This document shows, one piece after another, positions 9,293 to 18,300 of a stretch of DNA of 38,461 bases. A program made the translations under genes and the position numbers. Source of the DNA: Bacillota bacterium (GTDB taxonomy: Bacteria; Bacillota; Clostridia; Christensenellales; CAG-138); the NCBI GenBank assembly GCA_023453725.1, contig JAEXTB010000308.1, forward strand, positions 1 to 38,461, given 5' to 3'. Each line of letters starts with the position of its first letter. Position 1 is the first letter of the stretch. The notes below the pieces were generated by a model. The model searched no databases. It was not told the DNA's origin and saw only the letters and a list, made by a program, of their open reading frames with translations.

Positions 9293-9973
9293 ATGAAGTT
9301 TCATGAAAAGCTCCAGGCATGCAGGAAAGAGAAGAGCCTTTCCCAGGAACGGCTGGCGGAACGGCTCAATGTGTCCAGGCAGGCGGTCGCCAAATGGGAG
9401 GCAGGCCAATCCTACCCGGATGTAGATCGGCTGCTTGAATTGAGCGATTTGTTTCAAACCAGCGTGGATCAGCTACTGCGGGACAGGGAAGAAGACGCCT
9501 GCGCTTATGCCAATGCCGGAGAACTGGCTGCAGTGGAGGATGCGGTGATCGACTTTTTGTGCCGTGCAAAAAAGAACACCTATGCGGGGCATGGCGCAAA
9601 GTGCCCGTCCTCCCGTCCATCATCGCATGATTTCCGGTATGAGGAAGGCAGCCTTCTTTACTACGATACGTACCTGGGCGGGGAACGGTTTGCGGGGGAG
9701 GAAGGCCTTTGGCGGGATGGCGTCCCATTTTGGAGCATGAACTATACCGGGCGCATCCTGTCGGAGCAGTACAAGGAAGGCTTTTTAACCGAAGTGCTCC
9801 TGCTTGTACCCAAGGAGTACCCGTACCGCGGGCCGCTGGTGCACCGGAACGGCAGGTATACGTACCATTGCATCATCAACGGGGAGTTTACCTGGTTCAA
9901 CGGATACGAGGAGATCTTCTGCGACGATACCAAGGTCTACGAGTGCGTGTTTCACGGGGGCAGCGTGCGGTAG
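9293..9973 (+). CDS. XRE-family helix-turn-helix regulator with a C-terminal DUF5680-like domain
   Basis: ATG 9293. The HTH_3 motif is LSQERLAERLNVSRQAVAKWEAGQSYPDVDRLLELSDLF. The C-terminal half (YYDTYLGGERFAGEE ... WSMNYTG) resembles DUF5680, from memory. Confidence 0.7.
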   Translation: MKFHEKLQACRKEKSLSQERLAERLNVSRQAVAKWEAGQSYPDVDRLLELSDLFQTSVDQLLRDREEDACAYANAGELAAVEDAVIDFLCRAKKNTYAGHGAKCPSSRPSSHDFRYEEGSLLYYDTYLGGERFAGEEGLWRDGVPFWSMNYTGRILSEQYKEGFLTEVLLLVPKEYPYRGPLVHRNGRYTYHCIINGEFTWFNGYEEIFCDDTKVYECVFHGGSVR

Positions 9974-10030
9974 CGCCGCCCCTTTTCTGCTATAATGGTT
10001 GTTGAACATGAGTGCAGAAGGGAAAACAGC

Positions 10031-10483
10031 ATGCAAGTACGTGCGGCATCCATACAGGACAGGGACTATTTGATTGCCCTGACATTCCGGTCAAAGGCCA
10101 CTTGGGGCTATGACGCGGCGTTTATGGAAAACGTGCGCGAAGAATTGAAGGTGCCGGTTGTGCATATTGAGGCCGGGTACGTGCATGTGCTGGAAGACGC
10201 GGGAACCATCATCGGGTTTTTCAGCCTAATTCAGGGAAAAGAAAAATGGGAGCTGGACTTTGCATTTCTTGATCCCCCGTATATCGGAAAAGGGTACGGG
10301 CGTGCGCTGTGGGAGGCCATATTGCAGCAGGCGAGGTCCCGGGGTATAACATCGTTTACCATCACGGCCGACCCAAACGCGGAAGGGTTCTATTTGCGTA
10401 TGGGGGCGGAACGGATTGGAGAGGTCCCGTCAGGCTCCATCAAAAGCCGCATGATCCCGCTTTTGCGCGCTGCTGTGCGGTAA
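10031..10483 (+). CDS. GNAT family N-acetyltransferase
   Basis: ATG 10031. Acetyl-CoA motif A-like segment GKGYGRALWEAILQQARSRG, followed by FYLRMGAE. Confidence 0.75.
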   Translation: MQVRAASIQDRDYLIALTFRSKATWGYDAAFMENVREELKVPVVHIEAGYVHVLEDAGTIIGFFSLIQGKEKWELDFAFLDPPYIGKGYGRALWEAILQQARSRGITSFTITADPNAEGFYLRMGAERIGEVPSGSIKSRMIPLLRAAVR

Positions 10484-10534
10484 CATCAATATCCCGGAAG
10501 CGCCCGGGCACTATGCATAATACAAGGAGAACCT

Positions 10535-11059
10535 TTGGTGCTGGATCCAAAAGAATTGCCCGTGTATGCGGTTTTGAATGAACTCGCAATCTCGTATGAG
10601 CGGTTTGAACACGACGCCGCCATGACAATGGCGGACTGTTCGGTGTTTGATGCCGGAAAACAAGCTGCGCACTGCAAAAACCTGTTCTTAACAAACCGGC
10701 AAGGTACCCGATTTTATCTGATGCTAGTAGTGGGGGACAAGCCATTTCAAACCAGCCGCATCAGCCATCAGCTGGGCGTTTCGCGCCTGAGCTTTGGTAC
10801 GGCAGAGCAGCTTATGGAGACGCTGGGGGTGACGCCCGGCGCGGTAACGCCCATGGGCCTTATCCAGGATACGCAGCATCAGGTGCATGTGCTGCTTGAC
10901 CGGGATATCGCGGGCTGGGGGGAAATTATCGTCCATCCCAATGTCAATACCGCTTCCATCGTACTCAAGACCGCCGATCTGCTGCGGCTGATTGCCCATT
11001 TCAAAAATCCTGTGACATATGTGGAGGTGGGGGCAGGGAACACGGACGAAGATGTGTAA
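10535..11059 (+). CDS. Prolyl-tRNA synthetase-associated / YbaK-family deacylase-domain protein
   Basis: CKNLFLTNRQGTRFYLMLVVGDKPF ... LGVTPGAVTPMGL ... HPNVNTASI matches the ProX/YbaK domain pattern. The start is TTG 10535 or GTG 10538. Confidence 0.7.
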   Translation: MVLDPKELPVYAVLNELAISYERFEHDAAMTMADCSVFDAGKQAAHCKNLFLTNRQGTRFYLMLVVGDKPFQTSRISHQLGVSRLSFGTAEQLMETLGVTPGAVTPMGLIQDTQHQVHVLLDRDIAGWGEIIVHPNVNTASIVLKTADLLRLIAHFKNPVTYVEVGAGNTDEDV

Positions 11060-11080
11060 TTTTCCGAGGCTGAGGGGCCG

Positions 11081-11878
11081 TTACGCGACTTTCTCCAGTT
11101 TCCCAAGCACCACATAGCGGGCTTCATCGTATTCATACGTGCAGGTGGAAAGCGTAACAATGCGGTCTTCTGCCGTTACTTCCACATCGCATGCAAAATC
11201 GGAGGCCTCACGCGCATTCTCAATCAAAGAGAGGAAATCCGCTTCGGTGGCAAAGCTTGTCTGGTATACCTCGTTTGTCGCGTAGCCGTCCGTGACATAA
11301 CCGGCAAACAGCTCCAGCCGGTATACGGCGGCAGGCGTAAACAGAAGCATATCCGGATGCACGTTATAATAAGTCTGCTCCTTGTAGTTAACCAATGAGG
11401 CAAACATGGAGCCATTCTTCATGTGATGCCCATATAAAATTGTGTTCCGGTCCGAAAAATCCTTTTTATTTCTTGCGTCCACAAACACTGTGCCCATCGA
11501 ATTGCGTTCCTTACTGAACAGGTGGCCTAAATAATAGCTGTTGTTGCCGCCCTGCACCACAGGGTAGTTGATGACCGTACCCTCTGAATATAGCCACGCG
11601 TAAAACTCATCGTTTGCAGCTTGCAGCGCTTCATAATCAAGCTGCAGCATCGGCAGGGGAGTAGGCGCGGGGGTGTTGTCCTGGACATTCGGCTCCGCGG
11701 GCACAGGCAATGGTGTAGAGACTGCGCTGCGGGAAAGTTTCAGATACAGCGCGTCTCCCGCCCGGTATTCAATCAGGGGCAGCGCAAACAGAATACCGCA
11801 TACCACCATGGCAATGGCACACAGAACGATCATCAGGTTTAATAAAATGTTCTTGGGGTTGCGCTTGCTTTGACCCAT
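11081..11878 (-). CDS. srtB: Class B sortase
   Basis: N-terminal TM anchor, NDEFYAWLYSEGTVINYPVVQGGNNSYYLGH, TILYGHHMKNGSMFASL, and the catalytic TLSTC motif (IVTLSTCTYEY). Confidence 0.85.
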   Translation of the reverse strand: MGQSKRNPKNILLNLMIVLCAIAMVVCGILFALPLIEYRAGDALYLKLSRSAVSTPLPVPAEPNVQDNTPAPTPLPMLQLDYEALQAANDEFYAWLYSEGTVINYPVVQGGNNSYYLGHLFSKERNSMGTVFVDARNKKDFSDRNTILYGHHMKNGSMFASLVNYKEQTYYNVHPDMLLFTPAAVYRLELFAGYVTDGYATNEVYQTSFATEADFLSLIENAREASDFACDVEVTAEDRIVTLSTCTYEYDEARYVVLGKLEKVA

Positions 11879-11943
11879 GGACCTGCCCTTTTAAAATACT
11901 GGTCTATGTGACTCTCAATGGAACGGGTATCTATCCCGAAAAC

Positions 11944-11968
11944 AAAGGCGGCTTTTTCGGCCGCCTTT
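11944..11968 (-). terminator. Intra-operon hairpin (partial terminator/attenuator) between the sorted-protein gene and srtB
   Basis: Perfect 9-bp stem AAAGGCGGC / GCCGCCTTT with a 7-nt loop. On the minus strand it is followed by TTTGTTTTC. Confidence 0.45.
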
Positions 11969-11990
11969 TTGTGTATTTTGTAATAGAGCG

Positions 11991-12749
11991 TTACGCCTTC
12001 GTGCGGCGCTTGTGCAGCAGCAGCACAACCAGCACTGCGCCAAATACCACGAACAGTCCGCCCCACAGCAGCAGGTTTGAAGTATCCCCCGTGCCGGGAG
12101 AGAGCGGGATCTGGTTGTCGTTGATGGTAATGACCGGCCCGGGGCCGAGCGGAATTCTCGGATCGTCGTCATCATCGTCGTCGTCATCGGGCACATAGAC
12201 GTCCGCTTGGAACACCCACTTAACTTTGCCGACAGCGTTCTGGTACGTATTGTCCAAGCTGGCGGGCACTTTCATGGTGACGGTCAGCGTTTGCGTATCG
12301 CCGGAGTAGAAGCGGCCCAGGTGCAGGAATTTGCCCGCATTTGTTTGCAGCCCGTTATCCGGCCACGGAGAAATGGCGCTGCCTTCCGGGACCAGTACGG
12401 TGCCGTTTTCATTCTTTACTTCAAATGTAATCTTATTCAAAAGCCCCGCAACGCTCTCGCTTACCGCTTCCCCGCGCAGGAAAAGCTCAATGCGCTCATA
12501 GGAAGGGTTGCTGATTTTTATTTTCTGCGTATACACGCCGCCGGGCATCATGTTCTGAAAATCGGGGAACAGCCCGCTGCCGCTGCCGTCGTCGGGGGCG
12601 AAGCCGAACAAAGAGCCGGCATAACTTCCGTTGTAGGTGGCGGAAGAATCCGCCGCGTGCGCCGTTGCTGCAAACGCGAACAGCAGCAATAAGCAGAGCA
12701 TTGCCGTGCCGGTCCGTTTCAGGCTGATCATACGTTTCATGTGTTTCAT
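11991..12749 (-). CDS. Cell-wall-sorted surface protein with an SPxTG (SPGTG) sorting signal; likely SrtB substrate
   Basis: Sec signal ending AHA-AD. A beta-rich ~170-aa domain, then a D9 run, then IPLSPGTGDTS followed by a hydrophobic TM (LLLWGGLFVVFGAVLVVLLL) and a basic tail HKRRTKA. The start is ATG 12749 or, more likely by RBS spacing, ATG 12740. Confidence 0.8.
   Translation of the reverse strand: MKHMKRMISLKRTGTAMLCLLLLFAFAATAHAADSSATYNGSYAGSLFGFAPDDGSGSGLFPDFQNMMPGGVYTQKIKISNPSYERIELFLRGEAVSESVAGLLNKITFEVKNENGTVLVPEGSAISPWPDNGLQTNAGKFLHLGRFYSGDTQTLTVTMKVPASLDNTYQNAVGKVKWVFQADVYVPDDDDDDDDDPRIPLGPGPVITINDNQIPLSPGTGDTSNLLLWGGLFVVFGAVLVVLLLHKRRTKA
12162..12188 (-). repeat. (GAY)9 trinucleotide run encoding nine consecutive Asp
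   Basis: Read directly: ATC GTC GTC ATC ATC GTC GTC GTC ATC on the + strand, in frame with the 11991..12749 ORF. Confidence 0.9.
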
Positions 12750-12855
12750 CCCCCTTAGTTCCCGCTGTCGCGGGTATGGATCAAAGGCAAGGTGCTATTC
12801 ATGTTAAGATGTTCCCGGGGCGCGGGAGCTGCGGCCCGGGGTGAATGTTGTTACA

Positions 12856-13548
12856 TTATGTGGGTGGGAGTGTGGGTGTGGTTTGCCCGTCCAAAGCAGA
12901 GAACGCGGCGCTAGCGTTGGCGAAGTTTTCAGCTTGGATTGCCTCGGCCTTCACGGCGATGGTAAAGCCGCTTTCCTGAAGGGGAGCAAGCTCCTTATCC
13001 AGTTGACTGGGTAAGGCAATGCCGGTAAAGAGCGGATTTGTTGCATTGCCACTGGCCAATATGCCGTTATAGTTGAAGGTGTACGTAATGGTATCGCCAA
13101 CCACAACGCCATCACCAGCCGGGATCCAATCGGTGGTGTTGAGGCCTATCACAACATCGCCGATGATATCAATGTCCTCTTCGCCCTCATACATCTCAGA
13201 CGCTGCGCGGAAGCCCTCGTAATTGGAGATCGTCACCTTCAAGCGCACATATGCAGGATTGGAGCCCACATTTTTTACCTGTGGGTCCTTTGCGGCTGTA
13301 TCACCGGGCAGCAGTGGTTTCGCCTCGTTATATCCGAGAGCCGGGTTTTGAGCATCCGGTGTACCTATTTCTTCATCGTCAAAATCAAAACCATCCCATG
13401 CGGGTTCGCGGAGCAAAATATCCACATTACCCATGGTGAAGGTATTGGTCACATCTCTTGTGGCGGTAAAGTACGCCAACGTCACGCCAAGGGCGGTGAT
13501 CGCGACAAGGGAAATGACCAGGGAGAGTACGAGTATTTTCTTTTTCAT
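12856..13548 (-). CDS. SipW-dependent-type signal peptide protein, TasA/CalY (camelysin)-like fibre subunit, copy 3
   Basis: The N-terminus MKKKILVLSLVISLVAITALGVTLAYFTATRDVTNTFTMGNV is the SipW-cognate signal class. The KNVGSNPAYVRLKV strand and the C-terminal AEAIQAENF motif are shared with copies 1 and 2. Confidence 0.8.
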   Translation of the reverse strand: MKKKILVLSLVISLVAITALGVTLAYFTATRDVTNTFTMGNVDILLREPAWDGFDFDDEEIGTPDAQNPALGYNEAKPLLPGDTAAKDPQVKNVGSNPAYVRLKVTISNYEGFRAASEMYEGEEDIDIIGDVVIGLNTTDWIPAGDGVVVGDTITYTFNYNGILASGNATNPLFTGIALPSQLDKELAPLQESGFTIAVKAEAIQAENFANASAAFSALDGQTTPTLPPT

Positions 13549-13635
13549 TGCCTTTTCCTTCCATGTGGTTCAGACTTCTGGCGAGTTTTCATTCATGGTG
13601 CAACCGCAAAGGTAGCTCTTGCCCCAAAAGTCGGC

Positions 13636-14166
13636 TTAATATACGGTATCCCATGCCGCTAATGCATTACTACCGGCAGAAGCTTGGATGGCATAAGCGG
13701 TAATATCAATGGTTTTATCCGCCGCGGAGCCGATGGCGGCAATAGCGGTGTTGTCGGCGGTGGTCTTAATCACGATATTCTCAAACAAAGCCGGAACGGT
13801 GGAAGAAGCCGATACCTTGTTGGCATAGTAATATAGATCTAGTGTGCTGTCATACGACCAGCCTGCACCAAGGACCGGTTGCTCCATAACGGTTTTGATC
13901 TGTGCGGGGATTTCAACCTTCAAATATACCCAACTTTCTTCGGTGCCTGAGGGATGAACTGTCGGGTTTTTAGGAATGGTTGCACCCGGAACGATCTTGC
14001 TGCCGTCCGTCCATGACGTTTCATCAACAGTAAGACCAATGTTTCCGACGGTAAATGTGTTGGTTAGACTGCTGGTGGTTGCCGTTAAATACGCCAGCGT
14101 GCCGCCTACACTTGCCAAAACCAGTACTACAGCGGCCAGGATCAGTACCAATGACTTTCTCTTCAT
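13636..14166 (-). CDS. SipW-dependent-type signal peptide protein, TasA/CalY-like fibre subunit, copy 2
   Basis: N-terminus MKRKSLVLILAAVVLVLASVGGTLAYLTATTSSLTNTFTVGNI. Also WVYLKVEI and AYAIQAS near the C-terminus. Confidence 0.8.
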   Translation of the reverse strand: MKRKSLVLILAAVVLVLASVGGTLAYLTATTSSLTNTFTVGNIGLTVDETSWTDGSKIVPGATIPKNPTVHPSGTEESWVYLKVEIPAQIKTVMEQPVLGAGWSYDSTLDLYYYANKVSASSTVPALFENIVIKTTADNTAIAAIGSAADKTIDITAYAIQASAGSNALAAWDTVY

Positions 14167-14242
14167 TTTCGTTTCCTCTACTTTCAGTTCTATTTATTTG
14201 GAATGTTGATTTTATATAAAGCCAAGCGATAATGGCTGGCCG

Positions 14243-14824
14243 TCAGGGGGTAGTTGTGGTAGCGGAAGTTGCGCGGGCAAAAGCGGCCTGTGCGGTGGCT
14301 GCGCCCATACCTTCCGCCTGAATGGACTGCGCAAGCACCTGCAGCTCAAAGTATTTCCCATTGTAGGCTTCCGATAAACCGGTTACATTCGGCGTGCAGG
14401 ACTGCACCAGCACTGCCGTCAGGTTGCCGGTGTCCAAAGTTACGCCGGGCTGCACAATGGCATTGTGGTAATAGTAGCCGTCCGCGCCCTTTGTCCAATC
14501 GGCTGAATTGATGGTGATGGTATAGGTGCCCTCCGTAGCAAGGCCGGTGCCGGAACCGTCCCTGTTGCGCCAGACAGGCACAAGCGTTGCGCGGATAAAG
14601 GCTGGCACATTGCCGATGTTCTGCACCTTCACGTTGGACTTCGTGGTTTTGTCAAACGTCTCCACGACTTGGTTGGGCACCTTTCCAACTTCAAAGGTGT
14701 TGACAAGCGCGTTTGGCGTAGAGGTGAGCCACGCAAGCGTTCCCCCAATGGAAGCTACCACCAGGATGACTGCGGCAACCACGATCAAAATTGTCTTGTT
14801 TTTCTTCTTTAACAGTACCTGCAT
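14243..14824 (-). CDS. SipW-dependent-type signal peptide protein, TasA/CalY-like fibre subunit, copy 1
   Basis: N-terminus ...VVASIGGTLAWLTSTPNALVNTFEVGKV. Also VQNIGNVPAFIRATL and AQSIQAE. Its ATG lies 2 nt after the sipW stop, with GGAGGTG inside the sipW 3' end. Confidence 0.8.
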   Translation of the reverse strand: MQVLLKKKNKTILIVVAAVILVVASIGGTLAWLTSTPNALVNTFEVGKVPNQVVETFDKTTKSNVKVQNIGNVPAFIRATLVPVWRNRDGSGTGLATEGTYTITINSADWTKGADGYYYHNAIVQPGVTLDTGNLTAVLVQSCTPNVTGLSEAYNGKYFELQVLAQSIQAEGMGAATAQAAFARATSATTTTP

Positions 14825-14826
14825 GC

Positions 14827-15372
14827 TTACACCTCCGGATGCTTGGGCGTTTTACTTACGCTAGCCCGTTTGTCGGCTTCTTCCGCCTTTTTCAAGAGAT
14901 CGGGGATAAATACCAGTATCAGCAGCACGAGGACAGCGGTGCCCGCTAAAATCATGCCTTTCTGCGTAGAGAGAAAGCTGGATACGTAACCGAGCTTGGG
15001 TACGGTAAATATCGGCTTGCCCAGAAGGTTTTCAAAGTGGACAGGCGCTGCGTCCGGCACATCGTTCGCGTCGCCCTTGGTGTAAAAGAGGCTGTTGGCG
15101 CTGTCTATCGCCACAACGCGGTGGGTAGCGACAACGAGATCCTCGTTCAGGACGAACGTGATGGGATCGCCGTCTCTGATGCTTTCAGGCGTAACCTTTT
15201 GCACATAGATCAGGCTGCCAACCTGGTAAGTCGGCTCCATGGAGCCGGAAAGCACCGCAAACGGCGTCAGCCCAACAATCCGCACCCCTGCAAGCAGTAT
15301 GGCCAACAGTACGACGGCGGCCACCAGCACGGTAGTAAGCGCATTCCATATAATTTTCACGATCTTTGACAA
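14827..15372 (-). CDS. sipW: Signal peptidase I, SipW (archaeal/ER Sec11-type)
   Basis: TTG start with GGAGGA 9 nt upstream. Catalytic Ser box (VLSGSMEPTY) and His box (VATHRVVAI), TKGDANDVPD, and the second C-terminal TM typical of SipW. Confidence 0.85.
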   Translation of the reverse strand: MSKIVKIIWNALTTVLVAAVVLLAILLAGVRIVGLTPFAVLSGSMEPTYQVGSLIYVQKVTPESIRDGDPITFVLNEDLVVATHRVVAIDSANSLFYTKGDANDVPDAAPVHFENLLGKPIFTVPKLGYVSSFLSTQKGMILAGTAVLVLLILVFIPDLLKKAEEADKRASVSKTPKHPEV

Positions 15373-15398
15373 GGTGCGTTATCCTCCGTACTGGCGCG

Positions 15399-18300
15399 TT
15401 ATACTGCGGGATTGTAGGGGTTAAAACTGTTCACCGCAAAGCTTTCGCCGGAAAGCCAGAAGGGAACGCGGTTTGTGTTGGCCACCGAGCAGGAGATTGC
15501 GGTATCGGTCGGTGTCTGACCCAATGTTCTGTCGCTGTTGGTCCAGCCAATGGTCGGCGTGGCGTCATACCGCCAGGACCACGTGGTCTCTTCCGTTACG
15601 GTGTACGTGCCCTTGGGCAGGCCTTTGATCACCTTGCTGCTGTTGCCCTGGATGACTTCTTTGACGGTAATCCCGGTATCGCTGGTCAGCGTGAAGATGT
15701 AGCTTTCGCCTTCCGCGCCGCCCGTCTTTGTAATGGTCACCTGTCCGGATATAACCGTCACGGTGAAGTGCTGCGCCGCTGTGGTGACGTCCGCAGAGTT
15801 ATTCATGATCTTGCAGAACGTCGTAATGTCTACGCCGCCGATTAGAGCTTTCACCTTAAAGGTGGAGGTCACAGCCGGTTTGTACACGGTAAGATCGCTT
15901 CCGGGCGCGGTGCCGGTTACCTTCACGGGGGAGACTGTTACAGTAGGTGCTGTCGCAAACGGAGCGGCCACAGCGGGTGCGCCCGTGGTCCCGACCCATG
16001 TAATGCCGGAATAACGGCCGGTCAAATTCGTGGTTTCACCCAAGAACACGCTGGTATCCGTGCAGGTGATGGTGGGTTTTAAGACGAATAGTTTCAAATG
16101 GCTTCCAACGGGTGCCGCCGCAGTCTTTGTGATTGTGGACGCCGCAGTCAAATCATCCAGATCGCCGTCTGTGCGTGTGACGGATGCAATGGTGACGCCT
16201 GTATCAGCCGTTGGGTACGCCGGGGATGCGGGCAGGCCGCTAAAGGTGTAGGTCAGCCCGGGCGCCGCGCCCATTGTGACGATATTGGCGGTATTGGCGC
16301 CATGCTTCCAATCAACATTGGCAATTGCGGCGGTATTGAGCTGTGCCGTGGTCGGATTCTGCGTGAGGTACACGCTCAAATCCTTTGCCGTGATGGCGGG
16401 GTTATAAACGCTGACGCTTGCGGAACCAATATTCAAATTGGCAATACTGCCCGCAGTACCAACTTGGTTAGTTGCCGTCTCGGAAGGCGTAATGGCAGCG
16501 GTAACGGTATAGGTCTTATCCGCCATCAGGTCAGCAATCGTACTCGTGCCGGTCCATTCGCAAAGCGCGGAGCCGAGCACGGAACCCGCGGGAACGGTAT
16601 AGGTTCCTATGACTGTGCCGCCATCTTTAATGGTATAAGCGACATCGGAATACTGGTTGGTCACAACATTGCCCAGCGTATACGTGCTGCCGCCGCTTGA
16701 GGTAGTGTAGTTCCCGCCAAACAGACTGGTCAGTACTACATCATCCCCCGCATAGATGTCTTTGTTTTGCAGGGAAGCGGTGCTGAACCGTATGGGCACG
16801 TTGACTTCCGGGGACTCGTTTCCGAACATCTGCCTCGGAGCCGGAGCCGTAGCGTTATCGTACAGGCCGGATGTCGCAGGTACGTTTGTCTCCACGTTGT
16901 TGCCGCCGATAAAGCTGGGCTCGCGCTCCACTTCTATTTCGATGATCAGCTTTTTGCCGTGGAATGTATTGCCTGCGCCTCGCCCGTTGACGGAGACGTA
17001 GTTCGTATCAAAGTCAAACCCGCTGACGGTAACGGTCTTGCCGCTGACTGTGGGCGTCAAAGCTACGACAGTTTCATTGACAAACGAAAGCGTACCGCCG
17101 GTATAGGAAGCGTCCGCCGTCTTGACGGTAATATTGCCGGGCGTCGGTAACCGGAAATAGGCGGATATCGTATCCTTGATGCGCGCTTCAGCGCCCAGCT
17201 TCACCGTTGGGTTGCCAACCTGTTGCGATATGTCCTGGAATACATCATCCAATGCATTTGCATTGCTTGCGGAAAGATAATAGCTGGACCATTCTCCTGT
17301 TATCGGATCCTGTTTCCCGGTAGCGCCGCCTGTTCCGGGGGCGTCCAATGCCGTCGCATTGGGATAATTTGAAGACGTTAAATGCATATACCTGTTCGCA
17401 CGGTTGGTATCCCCGCTAGTGGTTCCAGGGAGGGACCCACCTGCATTCACTTCTGCATCCGCAAAGATGCCCACCGTAAAGACCGTGACTGACTTATCTT
17501 TGAGAACTTTACTTTCAGCAATTGTATTTGTGGCAACAGTGCTGCTGAAACCTGAGCCATGGTTGGGATATCCGTCCGTAAACATGACAGTTACGCGGTT
17601 GCGGCTTGAAGTGGCCGCAGAAAAAATGCTGTTGGCATTTGCCATACCATAATCTGCGCCTGTGGAACCATCGGCGGTCAAACTGTTTACAATTCCTTTT
17701 AAGGTAGCAGCTCCAGTTGCGTCAACGGTAATCAGATTTTGTCTAATGGAAGAGTTATCCGCAAACGTAACAATCGCAATTTTATGTTTATTTGCGGCAA
17801 CCGTTATACTGTCGTTTTGTGCTTTTGTAGAGTCGATGAAGTTGTTAACGGCCGTCTTAAGCGCCGCAAGCCGGGACGTTGTAACCGTAGTTTCATTTCT
17901 TCGGTAGAGCGTCCATGGTGCAGTTCCATTGTCATAGTCGCTGGTTGCTGTAACGGTAGTTCCTTCGGCATTTACATAGGAATAAGTGTATTGATTATAA
18001 CCACCTGAGCTATTAATCCAAGTTCGAGTTAACGTTACCTGAGTGAAAGTTCCATTACCCAGGTCGTAATACAAATTATCCTTTCGGTCATAGAGCTGCG
18101 AATTCTTGGTCTGACTGCGGACCTGGAAAGTATAGACTGTCTTTGAAAAATCATAATCCATACTGCCGGATACATCCAAAACAAGCACGATATCCGCAGG
18201 CGCAGGCTCGTTTGTGTTTGTAACTGTACCTGTGGTATAGGATTCGAGACGGATCTTATAGTTGCCGTTCGGAAGAAGGCTGACGGATTTGTCCAGTTGA

